DNA of 37,149 nucleotides from Chiloscyllium plagiosum (GCF_004010195.1 NC_057754.1:7645546-7682694); one strand, 5' to 3'. Shown: positions 1 to 11,612, numbered from the stretch's first letter. Numbers and translations are program-made. Notes: generated by a model from the letters alone, not told the origin.

Positions 1-269
1 GAATCTAATCTTCACTTGAAAATGTAACTTATTAAAAAAGTTTTACGATTTACATATGAAAGAAGTGAAACTAACATGGTCATTCTAACAGATGAGAGAC
101 TTGACAAACATTCACGGTGTTGTTCAATGTATAATTTCAGTTACATCACATTGTAAACTTTTGCTATAAATTCTGTGTCTTACAATCATGTACTCCACAA
201 CCACCTGATGAAGGAGCAGCGCTCTAAAAGCTAGTGCTTCCAATTAACCTTGTTGGACTATAACCTGGT
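1..269 (+). mobile_element. Penelope-like element terminal fragment (family A) with decayed hammerhead, interrupted by a SINE
   Basis: CTGATGAAGGAGCAGCGCTCTAAAAGCTAGTG at 205-236 (CG>TA in the GAAA core). Same downstream sequence as 2590 and 11861; resumes briefly after 585. Left extent is a guess. Confidence 0.6.
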
Positions 270-583
270 TTAGATTAGATTACTTACAGTGTGGAAACAG
301 GCCCTTCGGCCCAACAAGTCAACACCGACCCGCCGAAGCGCAACCCACCCATTCCCCTACATTTACCCCTTTTACCTAACACTACGGGCAATTTAGCATG
401 GCCAATTCACCTGACCTGCACATCTTTGGATTGTGGGAGGAAACCGGAGCACCCGGAGGAAACCCACGCAGACACGGGGAGAATGTGCAAACTCCACACA
501 GTCAGTCGCCTGAGTCGGGAATTGAACCCGGGTCTCTGGCGCTGTGAGGCAGCAGTGCTAACCACTGTGCCACCGTGCTGCCC
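270..583 (-). mobile_element. HE1-type tRNA-derived SINE, full length
   Basis: Reverse complement of the GGGCAGCACGGTGGCACAGTGGTTAGCAC head (A/B boxes), (CTAAT)n tail, CTGGT duplicated at 265-269 and 585-589. Confidence 0.9.
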
Positions 584-616
584 ACTGGTGTTGGGTGATG
601 ATTTTATAAACTTCTA

Positions 617-770
617 AAAGGTGACCCGTCAGCCTCCGCCACTCCAGGGAAAGTGGCCTACTGTCTACTCAGCCTCTCCTATTTCAAATGCTCCATTCCT
701 GGCAACATCCTTGTAAATATTTTCTGAACCCTTTCAAGTTTTAACAACGTCTTTCCTATCGCAGGGAGGT
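617..770 (-). mobile_element. CR1/HER1-type LINE fragment
   Basis: Similar to the CR1 RT C-terminal copy at 31878-32765. Confidence 0.7.
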
Positions 771-911
771 TACTTGTACAAGGCTATATTTACACACATT
801 TGAGGGCTGGGAAGGTCCAATAACTGAGTGGATCCCCATTTAACATTGGCAGAAAGACCTATGGCGGATGTCTTTACCCACTGCACCTAGGCAGCAGCTG
901 ACCCAAACTTT

Positions 912-1188
912 ACGGTTAGCACCGTTGCCTCACAGTGCCAGGGACTCAGTTTCAATTCTACCCTTGGGTAACTGTGCGGAGTTTACAATTCTCCCCTTGT
1001 CTGCATGGGTTACCTCCGGGTGCTCCAGTTTCTTCTCACAGCCCAAAAATGCGCCCGGTAAGTGGATTAGCCACGGGAAATATAGGGTGACAGGGATGGG
1101 GGTAAGTCTGGGTGTGATGCTTGTTTGGTGGATCAGTGTGGACTCAATGGTCTGAATAGCTGGCTTACACACTGTAAGGATTCTGTGA
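912..1188 (+). mobile_element. Diverged HE1-like SINE
   Basis: GGTTAGCACCGTTGCCTCACAGTGCCAGGGAC head and body shared with the other copies. Confidence 0.8.
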
Positions 1189-1420
1189 TAATCCTGGACC
1201 TTGGAACGCTTGGTTGAGGTCAGTTCCTTGCTCTGAGAGACCAAAAGGTTTTGGGGCAGACCAAAGAACAACTTTCACAGAGGTGACAGTCCTCCAGGCA
1301 CAGTCAATGCTTGTCTCCGTGTGCATCCTGCTGAACATACCGTAGAGTACAAGAGTCCTGCGTCGCGGAGCTGCTCTGGACGAACCTCACAAAGAACAAC
1401 TCCATCTCTCTCCAGATTTC
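1186..1420 (-). mobile_element. L1/Tx1-clade LINE ORF2 C-terminal remnant
   Basis: Minus-strand peptides resembling DCAWRTVTSVK..LWSA and NLLVSQSKELT..SKVQDY; family assignment is from recall. Confidence 0.6.
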
Positions 1421-1669
1421 CTTTGATGATGATTGGGGGTTGGGAGAGGGGTGTCTCTAGTGGTAATCTCCCTACATCTGAGCCTGGAAGATCTGGGTTT
1501 ATAAAGGTCCTTTTGCTGCAGATGCATGTAATAACATCTCTGAATCAAGTTGACTAGAAAATATCTACAACAATGAGGAGGCACATTCCCTCCTTCATTC
1601 ATGAGATGTGGACGTTGCCGGCTCGACCAGAATTTGTTGTCCACATGGCAATTAAGAGTCAACCACTGA

Positions 1670-1828
1670 TACAAAACAAACTGCTGATGCTAAAGATCTC
1701 AAAAAGCTATTGCTGGAGAAATTCAGCAGGGCGGTATCTGAAGAAGGGTCACTAAGACTAGAAGCATTAATTCTGCTTTGCCTGCCCAGAAGCTGAATTT
1801 CCCCAGCAATTTCCGTTTTTGTTTTTAT
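1670..1828. mobile_element. Penelope-derived inverted fragment (family D) with degenerate hammerhead
   Basis: CTGAAGA-A-GGGTC(actaa)GACTA-GAAG at 1738-1764, flanked by inverted TTGCTGGAGAAATTCAGC / GCTGAATTTCCCCAGCAA. Related minus-strand piece at ~10503-10590. Confidence 0.5.
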
Positions 1829-1839
1829 CAATGGAGCAG

Positions 1840-2350
1840 GTGCTTCACTGCGCATGCTTCTCGTTGTCAGCGAACACAGTCTTCTGGACGGCGACGTGAT
1901 GACGCTTGGGGTGGGGGCGTGCCCTCCCGCGCGGCCCTACCAATGAGGCGGCCGTTCATTGACCGGGGACGACGGGCCGGTGCTCTGCGCATGCTTCCCG
2001 GTGTCAGCAACCGCAGCCTTTCTTGGTCGCCCCACCAATATGGCGACCCAACTGTTGTGTCTGACCCTGTTTACCCGGCCGTGCGCGAGGCAATGCCACC
2101 GGCTTTCTGCGTCATGATGTCAACGCGTTCCTCAGTTGAAAATCCGCGTGAAGCCGTTTCCCGCCGCCTGCCTCAACGGAATTTTTTTTTTAAAAAAAAT
2201 ATTTTAAAAAGAAAATTACACATCATTTAAATCGAGCCCTTCGGTCTCTCCTTTTTCTTAAAATCGGGAGATTATTGAAAACTGAAAATTCAGAGGTGAC
2301 CCCCCCGCCCGCCGTGAGAAAGATAAAGTCCACTGGACGGTACAGAGTAG
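1840..2350. promoter_or_regulatory. CpG-island promoter
   Basis: CpG-rich unique sequence with two NRF1-like TGCGCATGC motifs (~1849, ~1987), CCAAT boxes (1940, 2035), YY1-like AATATGGCG (2037-2045), CRE-like GACGTGATGACG and Inr-like TCAGTT (2132-2137). Direction and target gene not established. Confidence 0.7.
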
Positions 2351-2524
2351 TTGTCATAAAAACCTGTTGAAAATATATTTGTGTTTTTTCAAAATCTGTG
2401 TTTGGCCGGTGCCTTGCAGTGAAAGTTTTTTTTTTAAAAGTATATATATCTTGGTGAGGTGAGCTGTGTTTTGACCTTTCAATGGTGTTGCCATCACCGA
2501 ATCCCCTCACTATCAACATCCTCA

Positions 2525-2711
2525 ATATTAAAAATCACACAACACTAGCTTACAATCCAACAGTAGGCTTTCGGAGTGCACACAGCCACCTGATGAAGGA
2601 GGGGGCTCCGAAAGCTAGTGTGCTTCCAAAAAAACCTGCTGGACTATAACCTGGTGTTGTGTGATTTTTAACTTTGTACACCCCAGTCCAACACCGGCAT
2701 CTCCAAATCAT
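2525..2711. mobile_element. Self-inverted Penelope-derived insertion (family A)
   Basis: Inverted arms TAAAAATCACACAACAC / GTGTTGTGTGATTTTTA, hammerhead at 2587, TSD AACATCCTCA (2515-2524; 2712-2721). Confidence 0.7.
2587..2620 (+). ncRNA. Minimal type I hammerhead ribozyme motif (Penelope-type, family A), intact core
   Basis: CAC-CTGATGA-A-GGAG(gggg)CTCC-GAAA-GCTA-GTG: stem I CAC/GTG, stem II, palindromic AGCT stem III, CUA triplet. Confidence 0.7.
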
Positions 2712-2900
2712 AACATCCTCACAAATGTTACCATTGACCAGAAACCCATCTGGGTCTTGCCATATAAAATACAGTGGCTACAAGAACAGGTCACAGAGGC
2801 TGGGAATCAGCCAGGGGTGGGAATCAGCCTCCCCGAATCCCTAGAGCCTATACACCATCAACAAGTTACAAGTCAGGGGTGTGAGGGCATACTCCCCACT

Positions 2901-3500
2901 TAAAGTGGTGAGTTTTGTGCAGCACGGAAAAAGACCCTTCCGTCCTACTCCTCCATGCTGACCAGATATCGTACATTAATCTAGTCCCATTTGCCAGTAT
3001 GTGGCCTGCATCCCTCTAAAACTTTCCTATTCATTTACCATACGAATGCCTTTCCAATGTTGTCATTGTTCCAGCCTTCATCACTTCATTTGGCAGCTTG
3101 TTCCATACATGTGCTACCAACTGCTTGAAAAGATTGCCCATTCAGTCCTTTTTAAATCTTTCCCCTCTCACCTTAAGCCTATCTCTTCTTGTTTTGGACT
3201 CCCCTACCCTGGGGTAAAGACCTTGGCTATTCACACTATCCATGCCCCTCAGGGTTTTATAAATCTCTATCAGGTCACCACTCAGTCTCTGATGCCCCCC
3301 AAAAAATAGTCCCAACCTATACAGCCTCCCCCCCCCCCCCCCCCCCCGCTCCCCCCCCACAGCCTCCCCCCCCCCATAGCTCAAACCTTTCAACCCCAAC
3401 ATCCTTGGAAATCTTTACAATTGTAACACCTCTTTCCTATAGCAGGGAGACCAGAAATTAACATAGTATTCCAAAAGTGGCTTCACCAATGTCCTGCACA
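2901..3500 (-). mobile_element. CR1/HER1-type LINE 3' end with internal poly-C tract
   Basis: Peptide RLSGDLIEIYKTLRGMDSVNSQGLYPRVGESKTR is the CR1 ORF2 C-terminus; C-runs at ~3327-3376. Confidence 0.85.
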
Positions 3501-3689
3501 TTGCCTGGATGGGTGCAGCTCCAGCAACACTCAAGAAGCTTGACACCATCCAGAACAAAGCAGCTGTCCTTGATCAGTGCTACATCCACAAATATTTACT
3601 CACTCCTTGATCAGTGCTACATCCACAAATATTTACTCACTCCACCACTGATGCTCAGTAGCACTCCATTCTGAAAAAATGCCCCTGGT

Positions 3690-4450
3690 CTAGCCCTCCC
3701 ATGATAGGAAACACTCTCTCAGTACTTACCATGTCAAACCCCTTGAGAATATTTATATTTCAACGAGATCACTTTTAATTCTTCAAAATCCCAATGAATA
3801 CAGTTGCAACCTATTTAAACTTTGCTCATAAGACAATTCCTCCATTCCAAGGATCATTCTACTGAACACTCTAAGAATTGCCTCCAATGAAATCTTCAAG
3901 TCTTTCTTTCATATCTTTCTTAAGTCCTCCAACTGTGGTCTCACCAGCACCTTGTACAGTTGCAGCAGGACCCCCCTACTCCCATAGTCTAACACCCCCC
4001 CACCACCTTGAAATAAGGGCTAACATTCCATTAACTTTCCTGATTACCTACTGCACCAGTATGCTAGCTTTCTATGTTTCTTGCACAAGTCCCTTTGTGT
4101 TGCAGATTTCTCTCCATTTAAATAACACTCTGTTCTTTTGTTTTCCATTCCAAAATGAACATATTCCCATATTGTATGCCATTTGCCAACTTCTTGCCTA
4201 CTTATTTAACTGACCAATGTCTCTCTCTAATCCCTTTGTAACCTTCTTAAAACTTGCCTTTTCATCAATTTTTGTCATCTGCAAGTACATTCGCTTCCCT
4301 CCTCCAAGTGTTAGCACTGATTGCTGTGGAACCCTGTCACTGACCTCAGAAAGAACCCATTAACCCCACTTCCTCTTTCCTGTCCAAAAGCCAATTCTCT
4401 AATCACTCCTTCATCCCACTCACTTTTTCCTGTCCATTAGCCAATTCTCT
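3690..4450 (-). mobile_element. Old CR1 LINE fragment
   Basis: Diverged similarity to the adjacent CR1 RT region. Confidence 0.55.
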
Positions 4451-4469
4451 AATCAAAACTTGGAGGGAT

Positions 4470-6545
4470 ATAGAGATATAGAGGGCTACAGCATGAAAAC
4501 AGGACTTCAGCCAAACTTGCCCATGCCAGTTTGCACAATTTAAACTAGCCCCATTTGTCTGCATGTGGTCCATATCCCTCCATAACTATCCCATTCATGT
4601 ACATATCTATGTTTCTTAAATGAAGAAATTGTACTTGCTTCCACCACCACCTCTGGCAGCCTGTTGCAGTCACTCACCACTCTCTGTGTGAAAAACAATG
4701 CCCTTCTGGACCCTTTCCTATGTCTCCCTCTCACCTTAAACCCATGCCCTCTAGTTTTAGACTCCCCTACCATGGGGAAAAGTTGTTCGCTTATCAATGC
4801 CTCTATAAGGTCACTCCCCAGTCTCCTATGCACCAGGGAAAAAACTCCCAGTCGATCCAACCTCTCTTTATAACACAAGCCTTCCAGTCCAGGTAGCATC
4901 CTTGTAAATCTTTGCTGCACTCTTTCTAGTTTAATAATATCCTTTCTATAGCAGGGAGACTAGAGCTGCATGCAATACTCCAAATGTGACCTCACCAGCA
5001 TCTTGTACAGTTGTGACAAGACATCAATCTCCTATTCTCAGTGCTCTGACCGATGAAAGCGAGCACACCGAAAACCTGTTTCATTGCCCTGTCTATCTGT
5101 GACTCCATTTTCAAGGAGCTATGAACCTGTACCCATAGGTCTCTTTGGTCTATAACACTTTCCAAGGCCCTACCATTGACTCTGCAAGTCCTACCCTGGT
5201 TTGCTTTACTAAAATGCAACACCTTGCATTTATCTAAATTAAACTCCATCTGCCATTCCTCAGCTCATTGGCCCAGTTGATCAAGATCTTGCTGCATTCC
5301 CAAATAATCTTCTTCACTGTCCACTATACAACCAATCTTGGTGTCATCCGCAAACTTACAAACCATACCTCCTAAATTCTCATTACAATCATTTATATAA
5401 ATGATGAATAATAGTGGATCCAGCAACAATTCCTGTGGCACATTGTTGGTAACAGGCCTCCAGTCTGAAATTCAACCTTCTACTACCACATTCTGTCTTC
5501 TATCATCAAACAAATTTTGTATCCAATTGGCTAGCTCTCCCTGGATCTCATGAGATTTAACCTTACTCAACAACCTAATCTGCAGTACCTGTCAAAGGCC
5601 TTGTTAAAGTCCATGTAAAAAATTTCTACCACACTGCCCTCATCTACTTTTTTGGTCAGCCCGTCAAAAAACTCAATCACGATTTCCAACGCACAAAGCC
5701 ACGCTAACTATCTCAAAATGAGCCCTTGCTTCTCCAAATGCCTGTAGATCCTGTCTCTCAAGATCCCCTCTCACAACTTACCCACCACTGACATAAGGCT
5801 CATTGGTCTGTAGCTCCCAGGCAATTCCCTGCAGCCTGTCTTAAATAGTGGCACAACATTAGCCACCCTCCAATCTTTGGGCACTTCACTGCTGGCTGTC
5901 GATGATACAAATATCTCCGCTAAGGGCCCTGCGATTTCTTCCCAAGCCTCCCACAATGTTCTGGGATACACATAGTGGGCGGCACGGTGGCACAGTGGTT
6001 AGCACTGTTGCCTCACAGCGCCAGAGACCCGGGTTCAATTTCTGCCTCAGGCGACCGACTGTGTGGAGTTTGCACATTCTCCCCATGTCTGCATGGGTTT
6101 CCTCCGGGTGCTCCGGTTTCCTCCCACAGTCCAAAGATGTGCAGGTTAGGTGAATTGGCCATGCTAAATTGCCCGTAGTGTTAGGTAAGGGGTAAATGTA
6201 GGGGTATGGGTGGGTTGCGCTTCGGCTGGTCGGTGTGGACTTGTTAGGCCGAAGGGCCTGTTTCCACACTGTAATGTAATATAATATAAATATAAAAATA
6301 TAAAAATATAAAAATAATATAAACTTCATCAGGTCCCAGGGATTTATCTACTTTAATGCATTTTAAGATTTCCAGCACCTCCTCTTCTATAATGTGAACT
6401 CTCTCCAAAACATCCTACCTTTCTCAGTGGTAAATATTGATGAGAAATATTCATTTAGAATCTCATCCATCTCTTGTGTTTCTGCACATAGATGACCTTT
6501 ACGAGGCCCTATTCTCTCCCTAATTACTGTTTTGCCCTTTATGTT
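4470..6545 (-). mobile_element. CR1/HER1-type LINE, decayed RT domain and 3' end
   Basis: Peptides QRFTRMLPGLEGLCYKERLDRLG, MEFNLDKCKVLHF, PKDWRVANVVPLFK..YRPMSLMSVVGKL and EILNEYFSSIFT. Confidence 0.92.
5977..6322 (+). mobile_element. HE1-type SINE inserted in CR1, with AT-rich expanded tail
   Basis: Near-identical to the 270-583 and 32307-32618 copies; (TATAAAAA)n at ~6281-6322. Confidence 0.9.
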
Positions 6546-6547
6546 TT

Positions 6548-6760
6548 TAGGGTGAGGAGAAAGATTTAAAAAAGACATGAGGACAAAGTTTTTAACTTAG
6601 AAAGTGGTTCATATGTGGAATGAACTGCCAGAGGAGGTGCTGAATGCAAGTACAATTGCAGCACTTAAAAGGCATTTGTACAAATACATGAATAGGAACG
6701 GTTTGGGAGGATATGGGCCAAGCAGAGGCAGGTGGGACTAGTTTACTTTGGGAACATGGT
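6548..6760 (+). mobile_element. CR1 LINE 3' end
   Basis: TGGAATGAACTGCCAGAGGAGGTG (WNELPEEV) and the CR1 3' tail. Confidence 0.75.
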
Positions 6761-7029
6761 CAAAGAGTGTGGGAAGGGATTTGGGTCTGCTTTATATGTG
6801 ATCTAATCAACCTGCTAAGAAATGTTATTTCACACCTCTTGAGCGGGTGTGACTTGTTTTATAATTTAGGGAAGGAAACTGGCATCTTTACCTGGCCTGG
6901 CCTACACATGACTCCAGACTCATAACATTGTGGTTGACTCTTAGCTGGCCTGTGGACAATTAGGGAAGGGCAATAAGTGCTGGCCTAACCAACGATGCCC
7001 TCTTGTCTCATAAACGAATGAAGAGAAAC

Positions 7030-7930
7030 TGTCAACCACCACCAGCAAATCACCCAGGCAGGCAATTAGATATTTATATACAGAACCCCTTAGAGGAAAT
7101 GCATTTCATCAAAAGTTAGGGAAGTAGAGGCTAGGTCTGGTTTTTCTTTATATATCTAAAAGTGTTATATATAACCGATAGGCTTTCCCATCACCAAGTC
7201 ATTGACATTTTTCTTGCTTTTAATCTATCAACCACCACCAGTAAATCGTGTCGCCAGTTGGATATTTACATGCAAAGCCGTAAAGGGCATGGGTCTGCTT
7301 TATTGTTTTTTTTCCTTTTCTCTATAGGGTGGTATGATGGTTCAGTGGTTAGCACTGCTGCCTCACAGTGCCAGTGTTTGTTTCCACCTTTGGGTCTGTG
7401 TGGAGTTTGCGCTTTCTCTCCATGTCTGCGTGGGTTTCCTCCCACAATCCAAAGATATGCAGTTTAGGTGGACTGGCCAGGGTTACTTACCCGTAGTGTC
7501 CAGGGATGTGCAGCCGTGGGAAATGCAGGGTTACAGGGATGGAGAGGTGGGTCTAGATGGAATGTTTTTCAGAGAGGTCGATGTTGACTCAATGGGTCAA
7601 ATGGCCTCTTCCAAACTGTATGGATTCTATAATCAAGAACTGCACTTACACACAATTGAGCAACTTTCCCACTACCGAATCGCCATGACATTTTTCTGGT
7701 TTTAACTATCAACTGTAAAGTATCTATTTTCATGCAAAGCCCATTATGGCATGGGTCTGCTTTTCTTTTGTTCTGTCCATGGAAGTGCTGTCACACACAA
7801 CTAAATGACCCTTCCATTACAATATCACCATGACCTTTTAATTTAACCAATAACCACCACCAGCAAATCGCCTTGTATAGCCAGTTAGAAATGTATATGC
7901 AGTGACGATGACAAGTAGTCTGGGTCTGCC
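7030..7930. repeat. Degenerate tandem array, ~170-200 bp unit, interrupted by a SINE
   Basis: AACCACCACCAG(C/T)AAATC at ~7034, 7230, 7852; GGGTCTGC at ~6783, 7291, 7753, 7922; ATGCAAAGCC twice. Confidence 0.6.
7326..7630 (+). mobile_element. Diverged HE1-like SINE
   Basis: CAGTGGTTAGCACTGCTGCCTCACAGTGCCAG head and shared body. Confidence 0.8.
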
Positions 7931-8519
7931 GTATAAAGGGCTCAGGTGATGAGTTCCAACATTCGAAACATTGCCTTTACGAAGAAAACTCATATTTAAT
8001 GCGATCCACAGGGAGATTAATTAGTGATTCTCCATGGACCTGGGAGGGGTTATCACAATGAGTTTAGCAAAGTGATTGAGCTGCTGCATTTTGATTAAAC
8101 TTTTTGCATATGTTTGGAAATTCTTGCTGAAATCTTCGGCTCACAACTGTTTGCAGCACAGAAAGAAGACGCATGGCCCATTGTGACTGGGCCAGTCAAC
8201 AAATTCTGACTATATTAAGCCAATTTTCCAGGCTTTGGTCCATAGTCTTAAGACTCTGGCAACAGTAGAGATTATCTAAACATTACCAATCAAAAAAAAA
8301 CAATTGACTTGAAATTTTCAGTTGACCTTGGCTATTGCTGGAAAGAGGGTCTAGTGTAGATTTAGTTTATTTTTGAAACGTACAGACTTGGTGGGTCAAA
8401 GAGCCTCTCCTGCACAGTTGGTTCTATGATTCTAAAATGTTTTAAGAGTTTCTGACTCAACCACCCTTTGAGCCACCGAGTCCCAATTCCTAAGTAAAAA
8501 CATTCTTCTCTACTCTCTT

Positions 8520-9050
8520 ATATAGTCATACACCTTCAGTCCAACTTGTTCCACGCTGACCAAGTTTCCCAAACTAAAGTAGTTCCTCTTGCCTCTGTTT
8601 GGCCCATATTCCTCTAAACCTTTCCTATGAATGCTTCTGTCCAAATGTCTCTTCAGTGTTGTAACAGACCACACCTCCAGGCACCTCCCACAATCTCCGT
8701 ATAATCTAATCTCTCCTTCCTCACTTTTTTCTGGATTATAAAAATTCTAAAAACAATTAAATTAAAAGCTAGTTGCTCCTGCTCCAGAAAAAAACAGAGG
8801 AAAGTTACAAGAAAAACCTCCAACACAGCAACAAATACAAGATCTACAATACTCTCCTTCTGCCATTTTTTTTCTTATACCTTTTTCTACCTTTTACCTT
8901 AAATCTATGCCCTCTGGTTATTGGCCCATCAGTTAATGGAAAAAGTGGCGTCCTACGCATATCCCTCATATACCTATGTACTTCTATCAGTTTCTGTCTC
9001 AACCTTTGCTGCTCCAAGGAAAACAATCTTTCCTTATTTCTCAGGTCCTC
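8520..9050 (-). mobile_element. CR1 3' end fragments
   Basis: LFSLEQQRLRQKLIEV..FPL..ITRGHRFKV peptide (8844-9056) and tail sequence at 8520-8660. Confidence 0.65.
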
Positions 9051-9301
9051 TAGCACAGTAACATCCTGTCATCGCCTCCATCATTCTCAATCTTTCCCTG
9101 TTATTGTACTCACCTCCCACCAAGAATTCATGCTCTACCATTCTCACTATTGCAGGCAATGTTTCCTTCACTCGCTCTCACCACTCAACTAATCCCCACA
9201 CGTCCTGTCTGCTGCCTATTCACTGACCTGCATCACTTCAGCGCTAACAGCGATGATACTCACTTTGACCTCACTTAACTCCTCCGTTTCTCTTATTACA
9301 G

Positions 9302-9368
9302 GAGAAAATCACATAAAAGAGGGTTGAAAGAGCCAGGTGCTGGATATTTGTCCACTTGCCCATACAAG
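9302..9368 (+). other. 67-nt ATG-free exon candidate
   Basis: Branch-like CTTAAC (9274-9279), tract TCCTCCGTTTCTCTTATTACAG, donor AAG|GTTAGG (9369). Confidence 0.35.
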
Positions 9369-9476
9369 GTTAGGATCACCCACTGGGCATACCCTGAGAC
9401 GTTGGTACAGAGGACAGAATGACGAGATGGAGTCACCAGGTACCTATTGGCGAATTCTTGGTATCTAGTTTCTATC

Positions 9477-9971
9477 GAGGTTTGAGAAGATTTGTAGCTC
9501 AGGTTGAGGTTTTGGATGTAGGTTTGCTCGCTGAGCTTGAAGGTTCATTTCCAGGCATTTTGTTACCCTACAAGGTAACATCTTCAGTGGGCCTCAGGCA
9601 AAGCACTGCTGAAAATCCCTGTTTTCTATTTACATGATTGGGTTTCTTTGGGTTGGTGATGTCACCACAGGAAATGACATCACCACAGGAAATGACATCA
9701 CCAACCCAAAGAAACCCCAAAATATAAATAGAAAGGGGCATGGATAGGCCCACTGAAAATGTATCCCATCCACCGCCTCCCATACCTCATAGTCCCACAA
9801 CCCCGCACCAGGGCCTGTGCCCGAAACGTCGAATCTCCTGTTCCCTGGATGCTGCCTGACCTGCTATGCTGTTCCAGCAATAAAGTTTCAACCACTGAAA
9901 ATGTAACCTTGTAGGGTAACAAAACGCCTGAAAATGAACCTTCAAGCTCAGTAAGCAAACCTGCATCCAAA
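9477..9971. mobile_element. Palindromic Penelope-derived insertion (family C) with decayed hammerheads in both arms
   Basis: Arms 9510-9590 and 9892-9971 are ~90% reverse complements. Minus strand reads CCA-CTGAAGA-T-GTTACC(ttgtag)GGTAAC-AAAA-TGCC-TGG. TSD ATCTAGTTT(C/T)TATC at 9463-9476 and 9972-9985. Confidence 0.75.
9764..9891 (+). mobile_element. Family B Penelope-derived fragment nested in the family C element
   Basis: GGGC(ctgt)GCCC-GAAACGTC..AATAAA; perfect 14-bp TSD CCACTGAAAATGTA (9750-9763; 9892-9905). Confidence 0.75.
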
Positions 9972-10668
9972 ATCTAGTTTTTATCTGGCAGCTGGGAGAT
10001 TGGGAACCTGCATTTTAATGAATCGAGATAAGGCTCACAATAAGAGGTAATCATTGTTAATAGACTTTTCACTGCTTGTTAGTGAGAATCAATAGTGAGA
10101 TTCCAGCTGCCTCTTTTAAAATTTCTATTGAACTAGCTTTCAAACTCTCAGAGGGCTGCAGAGAAAAACTCCAGACATTCAACAGTCTCTAGGAGAAGAA
10201 ATTCCTTCAACGTTGGAGTTTGAAGTGAAAGTCCCGCTTTATTTTTCCACCCAAATTTTGAGGATCCCTAACCAGCCAAGCTTAGAAACAGTGGGAGCAC
10301 AGACTGTTCACCCTACAGATCGGCCGTTTGCTAAATTACTATTGTCACAGTCCTTCAGTTTGAGATGTTTCTCTGTGCTACAAACAGAATTAACTGCTAA
10401 GATCAATATTATTCTCTCCTTAAAAGTCTCATGATTTTGGATTGGAATGTATGTATCTTTCTGAAATGACCCTTTTACTGCCAGGAAAATCTCCAGAATT
10501 GTAACAAAAACAGAAAATGCTGAAGAAGTTCAGCAGGTCTGGCAGTATCTGTGGAGAGAGAAACAGAGATAACCTTTCGAGTTCAGTGATTTGAATTATT
10601 GCACCCACGTACAATAGAGTCAACATTTGTTTTGTGTGCCGTACAGGCAGAAGGTAACTTGAAGATAA

Positions 10669-10986
10669 GGGCGGCACGGTGGCACAGTGGTTAGCACTAC
10701 TGCTTCACAGCACCAGAGACCTGGGTTCAATACCCGGATCAGGCAACTCTCTGTGTGGAGTTTGCACATTCTCCCCGTGTCTGCGTGGGTTCCTCCGGGT
10801 GCTCCGGTTTCCTCCCACCATCCAAAAATGTGCAGGTTAGGGTGGATTGGCCATGCTAAATTGCCTGTAGTGTTAGGTGAAGGGGTAAATGTAGGGGAAT
10901 GGGTCTGGGTGGGTTGTGCTTCAGCGGGTCGGTGTGGACTTGTTGGGCCGAAGGGCCTGTTTCCACACTGTAACTAATCTAATCTA
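10669..10986 (+). mobile_element. HE1-type SINE, full length
   Basis: GGGCGGCACGGTGGCACAGTGGTTAGCAC head, (CTAAT)n tail, ATAA on both flanks. Confidence 0.9.
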
Positions 10987-11108
10987 ATAACGTAGAGGGA
11001 GCATACAGATCATAGAGTGTTTAGAATTATGATAAATGTTCTGCATTCACAGACTTTACAATGGTGTTCAGGAAGTTGGGGGTGGAAACTCTCACCACCA
11101 GCTGCGAG

Positions 11109-11362
11109 TAGAAAGTGAGGACTGCAGATGCTGGAGATCAGAGTCCAGGGTGTGACAATAGGTGCAGGAGTAGGCCATTCGGCCCTTCGAGCCAGCACCA
11201 CCATTCATTATGATCATGGCTGATGCTGGAAAAGCCCAGCGGGTCAGGCAGCATCTGAGGAGCAGGAGAATAGACTCAGGAAGGCCAGAAATATCGATTC
11301 TCCTGCTCCTCCGGTGCTGCCTGACCCGCTGTGCTTTTCCAGCACCCCACACTCTGGACACA
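11109..11362. mobile_element. Self-inverted family B insertion containing a CR1 tail fragment
   Basis: Perfect 15-bp TSD ACCACCAGCTGCGAG (11094-11108; 11363-11377); ~48-bp inverted arms at ~11224-11271 and ~11297-11344; CR1-like tail at ~11156-11224. Confidence 0.75.
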
Positions 11363-11580
11363 ACCACCAGCTGCGAGCCAAGAGTGACGAGGCGGAAATA
11401 GAGAGGAACTTCGATTATCCGAACAAGGTGGGCGTGCACTATTTCATTCGAATAATTGATTATTCGGTTAATTGATTCAATGCCTCTCCTCTGGGGCTTG
11501 GAGTTTTCTGTTGAGTCGCTCCTCGTTCAAGACACTAGACAGCAACCCGTCCTCCCACCAACACTGTCCTACCCTGCCCT

Positions 11581-11612
11581 TCCTGAAGAAGGGCTCATGC
11601 CCGAAACGTCGA
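11581..11612 (+). ncRNA. Minimal hammerhead ribozyme motif (family B), intact core
   Basis: TC-CTGAAGA-A-GGGC(tcat)GCCC-GAAA-CGTC-GA: palindromic ACGT stem III, GUC triplet, stem I only 2 bp. Confidence 0.7.

Larger units (their letters stand above)
2470..3665 (+). mobile_element. Old L2/CR1-group LINE RT fragment split by two later insertions
   Basis: Pieces 2470-2524, 2712-2900 and 3501-3665 read as one continuous remnant (..WMGAAPATLKKLDTIQNKA..). 37-bp tandem duplication at 3567-3640. Confidence 0.55.

Noticed and set aside
5977..6050. tRNA-like A/B-box sequences here and at other SINE heads
   Set aside because: They are SINE heads continuing into SINE bodies, not tRNA genes.
7030..7930. 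Repeat-spacer pattern as a CRISPR-like array
   Set aside because: Vertebrate context, degenerate long units with related spacers, and no cas genes.
10647..10653. 7-nt microexon (TACAG|GCAGAAG|GTAACT)
   Set aside because: Pyrimidine tract is mediocre and such matches occur by chance; no other support.
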